From an uncultured Gammaproteobacteria bacterium (lineage in GTDB: Bacteria; Pseudomonadota; Gammaproteobacteria; CAJQNE01), in the NCBI GenBank assembly GCA_905479545.1, contig CAJQNE010000435.1, forward strand, positions 1 to 26,354: a stretch of 26,354 bases of DNA. The letters run 5' to 3'. The position numbers and the translations under genes are program-made. A model generated the notes under the pieces. It was given only the letters and a program-made list of their open reading frames with translations, was not told the DNA's origin and did not search any database. The first letter of the stretch is position 1, and each line of letters opens with the position of its first letter. Positions 23,729 through 26,354 of the stretch are shown piece after piece.

Positions 23729-24538
23729 CTAGTGATGGGGTTCCTCATCCGGAGTAACACTAAGCATCCATGCGTCCATTCTTTTATCTATCTCCGCGGC
23801 GTTTACTGCTCGTTCCAGTTCGTTGATGGACATGGCGTAAGCCTCGTCAATTCCGATGCCCGCACGCTTCGCAGCATCTAAAGTGTCAGAGGGCTTCGGC
23901 CTCATCCACTCGGGCAATTTTGAAATAGGCCAGCGTTTCATCTGCTTTCGGGTAACCAGTAACGAGCCCGCACCCCTCGATTCAGCATCCTTGAGTAACT
24001 CGTGATATTTCTTGTCCCAGCGGCGCATATCAAAATTAACGAAAAGCCCTTGCCCAAAAGCCGGTTTGCTACGGTCGTAGGTTTTCGGAGTGAAGTACCG
24101 AAGGGTTATGCGTTTCACGGCTTTATTAGTGGTGGCACCCGTAAATAGCGAGTCGTGTAATGCTTCAATAATATCCGACGGCATAGGGGTACTAACTATA
24201 AAACGGCCATCGATTTGTCTTGGAATATCCAGAACTCTGGAATCTCTGTTGGCTCTAACTTCAAGGTTTTCTATCAGCTTCGGGTCTTCTTCCTTCGGGC
24301 CAAACAAATAACCCAGCGTCCAGCCGTTGGCCACACCCGATTCACCTTGTCTTGCGGTAAGCACCATCACCAAGGTGATGTCTCTTTCAGGATGCTTTGA
24401 CTGAAGTACCCAACGAATGCCCCTGTCATCGCCTTTTGACGCATCCCCAACGGCATAAGACCAGTCGGGGTTAATGGCGACATTCGCGAAAGCAGACGAG
24501 CTAAATACCGTAATAAGTACAACCAGAGCGAGTTTCAT
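23729..24538 (-). CDS. Secreted hypothetical protein
   Basis: The start is placed at Met18 of the tracked ORF, giving signal peptide MKLALVVLITVFSSSAFA and 269 aa. No recognised family. Confidence 0.75.
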   Translation of the reverse strand: MKLALVVLITVFSSSAFANVAINPDWSYAVGDASKGDDRGIRWVLQSKHPERDITLVMVLTARQGESGVANGWTLGYLFGPKEEDPKLIENLEVRANRDSRVLDIPRQIDGRFIVSTPMPSDIIEALHDSLFTGATTNKAVKRITLRYFTPKTYDRSKPAFGQGLFVNFDMRRWDKKYHELLKDAESRGAGSLLVTRKQMKRWPISKLPEWMRPKPSDTLDAAKRAGIGIDEAYAMSINELERAVNAAEIDKRMDAWMLSVTPDEEPHH

Positions 24539-24845
24539 GGCTGGGTTTCCTGCGTTGTTCAAAGTTGGTGGTGACGGTACACGCGTCAATCAAAAGGCCT
24601 GAGCTTCCTTCGAATATATCATTTTTCGAAATGACAGTGCTTTAAAATGGCTTGTTATTTTTGGCACACGTCGTCATGTTGCTCAGTTTTATCTATGACT
24701 CAGCGAAGCGGGTAATAAAGTTAATGACATCTGTACTATCATTACAGCAATAGCGATGGCTAGCTACACCGCCAACTCATACCCCGTTCCTCGCTGATGA
24801 TAATCGGATTCAGCGGCACTGGCGGGCGACAAAAGGAAAAATACA

Positions 24846-25391
24846 ATGAAAAAATTTCTGCCCCTAATGCTGGTGGTAATGGGTGTGGCCATTGCGGCGA
24901 TAAGTTACTTTGGCTACCAGGCCGTAAACCGGCCGTCAGATATGGACATAATCAGGGGCGTGTTAGCTCAGCAGCGCCAGGCTGTTGAAGACTTGGCAGT
25001 ACTCGCCAAACAGCCGCCTGAAGTTCCAGCGGAATGCCAGAATGTCACTAGCAGCATCTTTTTTGATATCTGCGACCTAGACCCCAACGACCCGGAAAAG
25101 CCGGTCTCAGACTGGGAGCGGGTAGGCAGTGTTGAAGATCGTGGATGCGTAGAAGCGGCCTTTCACGTTACCAATGAACGAGCATTTACCCTGCAGCAGC
25201 GTAGCTATTCAAAGGCCGCGCCAGTATCCAAAGATATTGTATATTTTTCCTGCGAGGTGACGCAGGCATCGCTTTGGATGGAAGGCACATACGAGTGGGG
25301 CGATGCCGATACGCCGTTGGACGCAATATTGACCGCGTATTTTGAAGATAGAGCGGATTCGACCTATGGTGCGAAGAAGTCCTACGAGTGA
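24846..25391 (+). CDS. Hypothetical membrane-anchored/exported protein
   Basis: RBS AAGGA, N-terminal hydrophobic segment MKKFLPLMLVVMGVAIAAISYFGY and four Cys in the soluble part. Confidence 0.75.
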   Translation: MKKFLPLMLVVMGVAIAAISYFGYQAVNRPSDMDIIRGVLAQQRQAVEDLAVLAKQPPEVPAECQNVTSSIFFDICDLDPNDPEKPVSDWERVGSVEDRGCVEAAFHVTNERAFTLQQRSYSKAAPVSKDIVYFSCEVTQASLWMEGTYEWGDADTPLDAILTAYFEDRADSTYGAKKSYE

Positions 25392-25498
25392 AGTAGCGTC
25401 AGCTTTGTAGTACACACGCTTTCAGCTTCAGAACAAACTATATCAGGGCTGTGTGCAACGTTATGATGCTGCTGAAGTCCGGCCGGTGGCACCCTAGA

Positions 25499-25804
25499 TT
25501 AACCTCGGTTATTTTGACTGAACAGCTCAAGTTGATCAAAGAAGCCCTTTAATAGTTTTGGTTTTTCTAGCTTTTCTTCAAATGCTCGCGCCCAGCCACG
25601 GTTAACTGGCCAGCCAAGGGTAGCGGCTAAAAATTCCGCAAACTGTTGATTAAAATAATTACCAGACTCATGAATATTATGGTTATTCAAGGCTAGTTCG
25701 TAACCTTGAATAAGGTTTTCCAAATCACGCAAAGGTGCCGCGCCACCGACATACATTTCCGGTCGGGCTTTGATTTTCTGCAGTAGTAAATAGAGGTCGG
25801 TCAC
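25499..25804 (-). CDS. Small hypothetical protein (LLxxIKxRPxMYxG family-like)
   Basis: 101-aa GTG-start ORF with about 42% GC by hand count. N-terminal LLQKIKARPEMYVG...LIQGY pattern. Confidence 0.72.
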   Translation of the reverse strand: MTDLYLLLQKIKARPEMYVGGAAPLRDLENLIQGYELALNNHNIHESGNYFNQQFAEFLAATLGWPVNRGWARAFEEKLEKPKLLKGFFDQLELFSQNNRG

Positions 25805-26108
25805 GTTGTTGTCTGAGTGTTGATAGTGGCCATAACTATAGCGAACAAAAAACGTAATTCTAGGTTTTTACAATGCTAGCGGCTTACGGGCGGGCGTGGC
25901 GGTGTGTTGAATAACGCTACTCCCTCTTCTCAAAGGCCCGGTCAAAAATGAGGGGGGTACAGGGGGTTGCATCCTGGTGCAAAAAGTTTGGCAGGCATGA
26001 AGATGTCGTCCCACTGGGTGTTCGCCGAGCTAAAAACTCGCTGAAAGAGGTCAGGAATACTTACAGCACTCTAACCCCTTAAGCTAAGCTGCCGGATATT
26101 TCTTTGCG

Positions 26109-26354
26109 CTAGCCGAGTAAGCTAAAAGCCATATAAAAAATAAGAACAACTTGCGCCAAAAAGCAGGTGGCGCGTGCCATTACTTGAATAAATGAAGTGC
26201 CGCTAATGTGAATCAAACTTTGTGCCACACGAGCATAAAGCACGTATGCCGCAACGGCGTTAACCACTTCCAGTTGTCCCATAAGCCCGGCAATGGCGAC
26301 GACACCGGCGAATAATGGGAAGCTCTCGATGCAATTCAGATGCGCGGACTTGGC
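26109..26354 (-). CDS. MAPEG family membrane protein (5'-truncated by window edge; absent from the ORF track)
   Basis: The minus frame reads AKSAHLNCIESFPLFAGVV...ARVAQSLIHISGTS...RATCFLAQVV...LLG-stop(TAG), which carries MAPEG HxNxxE and RxxxxxxH motifs. Confidence 0.85.
   Translation of the reverse strand, partial: AKSAHLNCIESFPLFAGVVAIAGLMGQLEVVNAVAAYVLYARVAQSLIHISGTSFIQVMARATCFLAQVVLIFYMAFSLLG

Noticed and set aside
24661-24682. TTGGCAC as a sigma54 -24 element
   Set aside because: There is no TTGC at the required -12 spacing.
25918-25959. Weak CCCTC/GAGGG hairpin resembling another REP family
   Set aside because: The arms are too degenerate and it is single-copy in the window.

Overview
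A 26.4-kb window, apparently from a marine gammaproteobacterium (inferred from gene content). It holds about 24 supportable CDSs. The lipid/alkane catabolism genes are a 5'-truncated acyl-CoA ligase, an SDR, FadE, a divergent AraC / 2Fe-2S ferredoxin / CYP153 unit with no reductase, and a PM20D1-like M20 hydrolase. The signalling genes are a cNMP-GAF-GAF-PAS class III adenylate cyclase and a protein fusing three MshEN-like c-di-GMP-binding modules, through an internal signal-peptide-like segment, to a class A beta-lactamase-like serine hydrolase; this fusion is the most unusual item. Also present are a secreted lactoperoxidase-like heme peroxidase, a GST, an AlkB-family dioxygenase, a PhnZ-like HD-domain protein, an AfsA-like hotdog protein and a secreted protein with a GLLLPAVQ motif and six-Cys tail. 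Several small, lower-GC orphan genes are flanked by degenerate attC-like palindromes. Non-coding structure includes short TIR-bounded elements carrying REP-like hairpins, a duplicated terminator and several direct-repeat regulatory arrays. No rRNA, tRNA, CRISPR array or transposase is seen. All family calls are by motif recognition, not database search.
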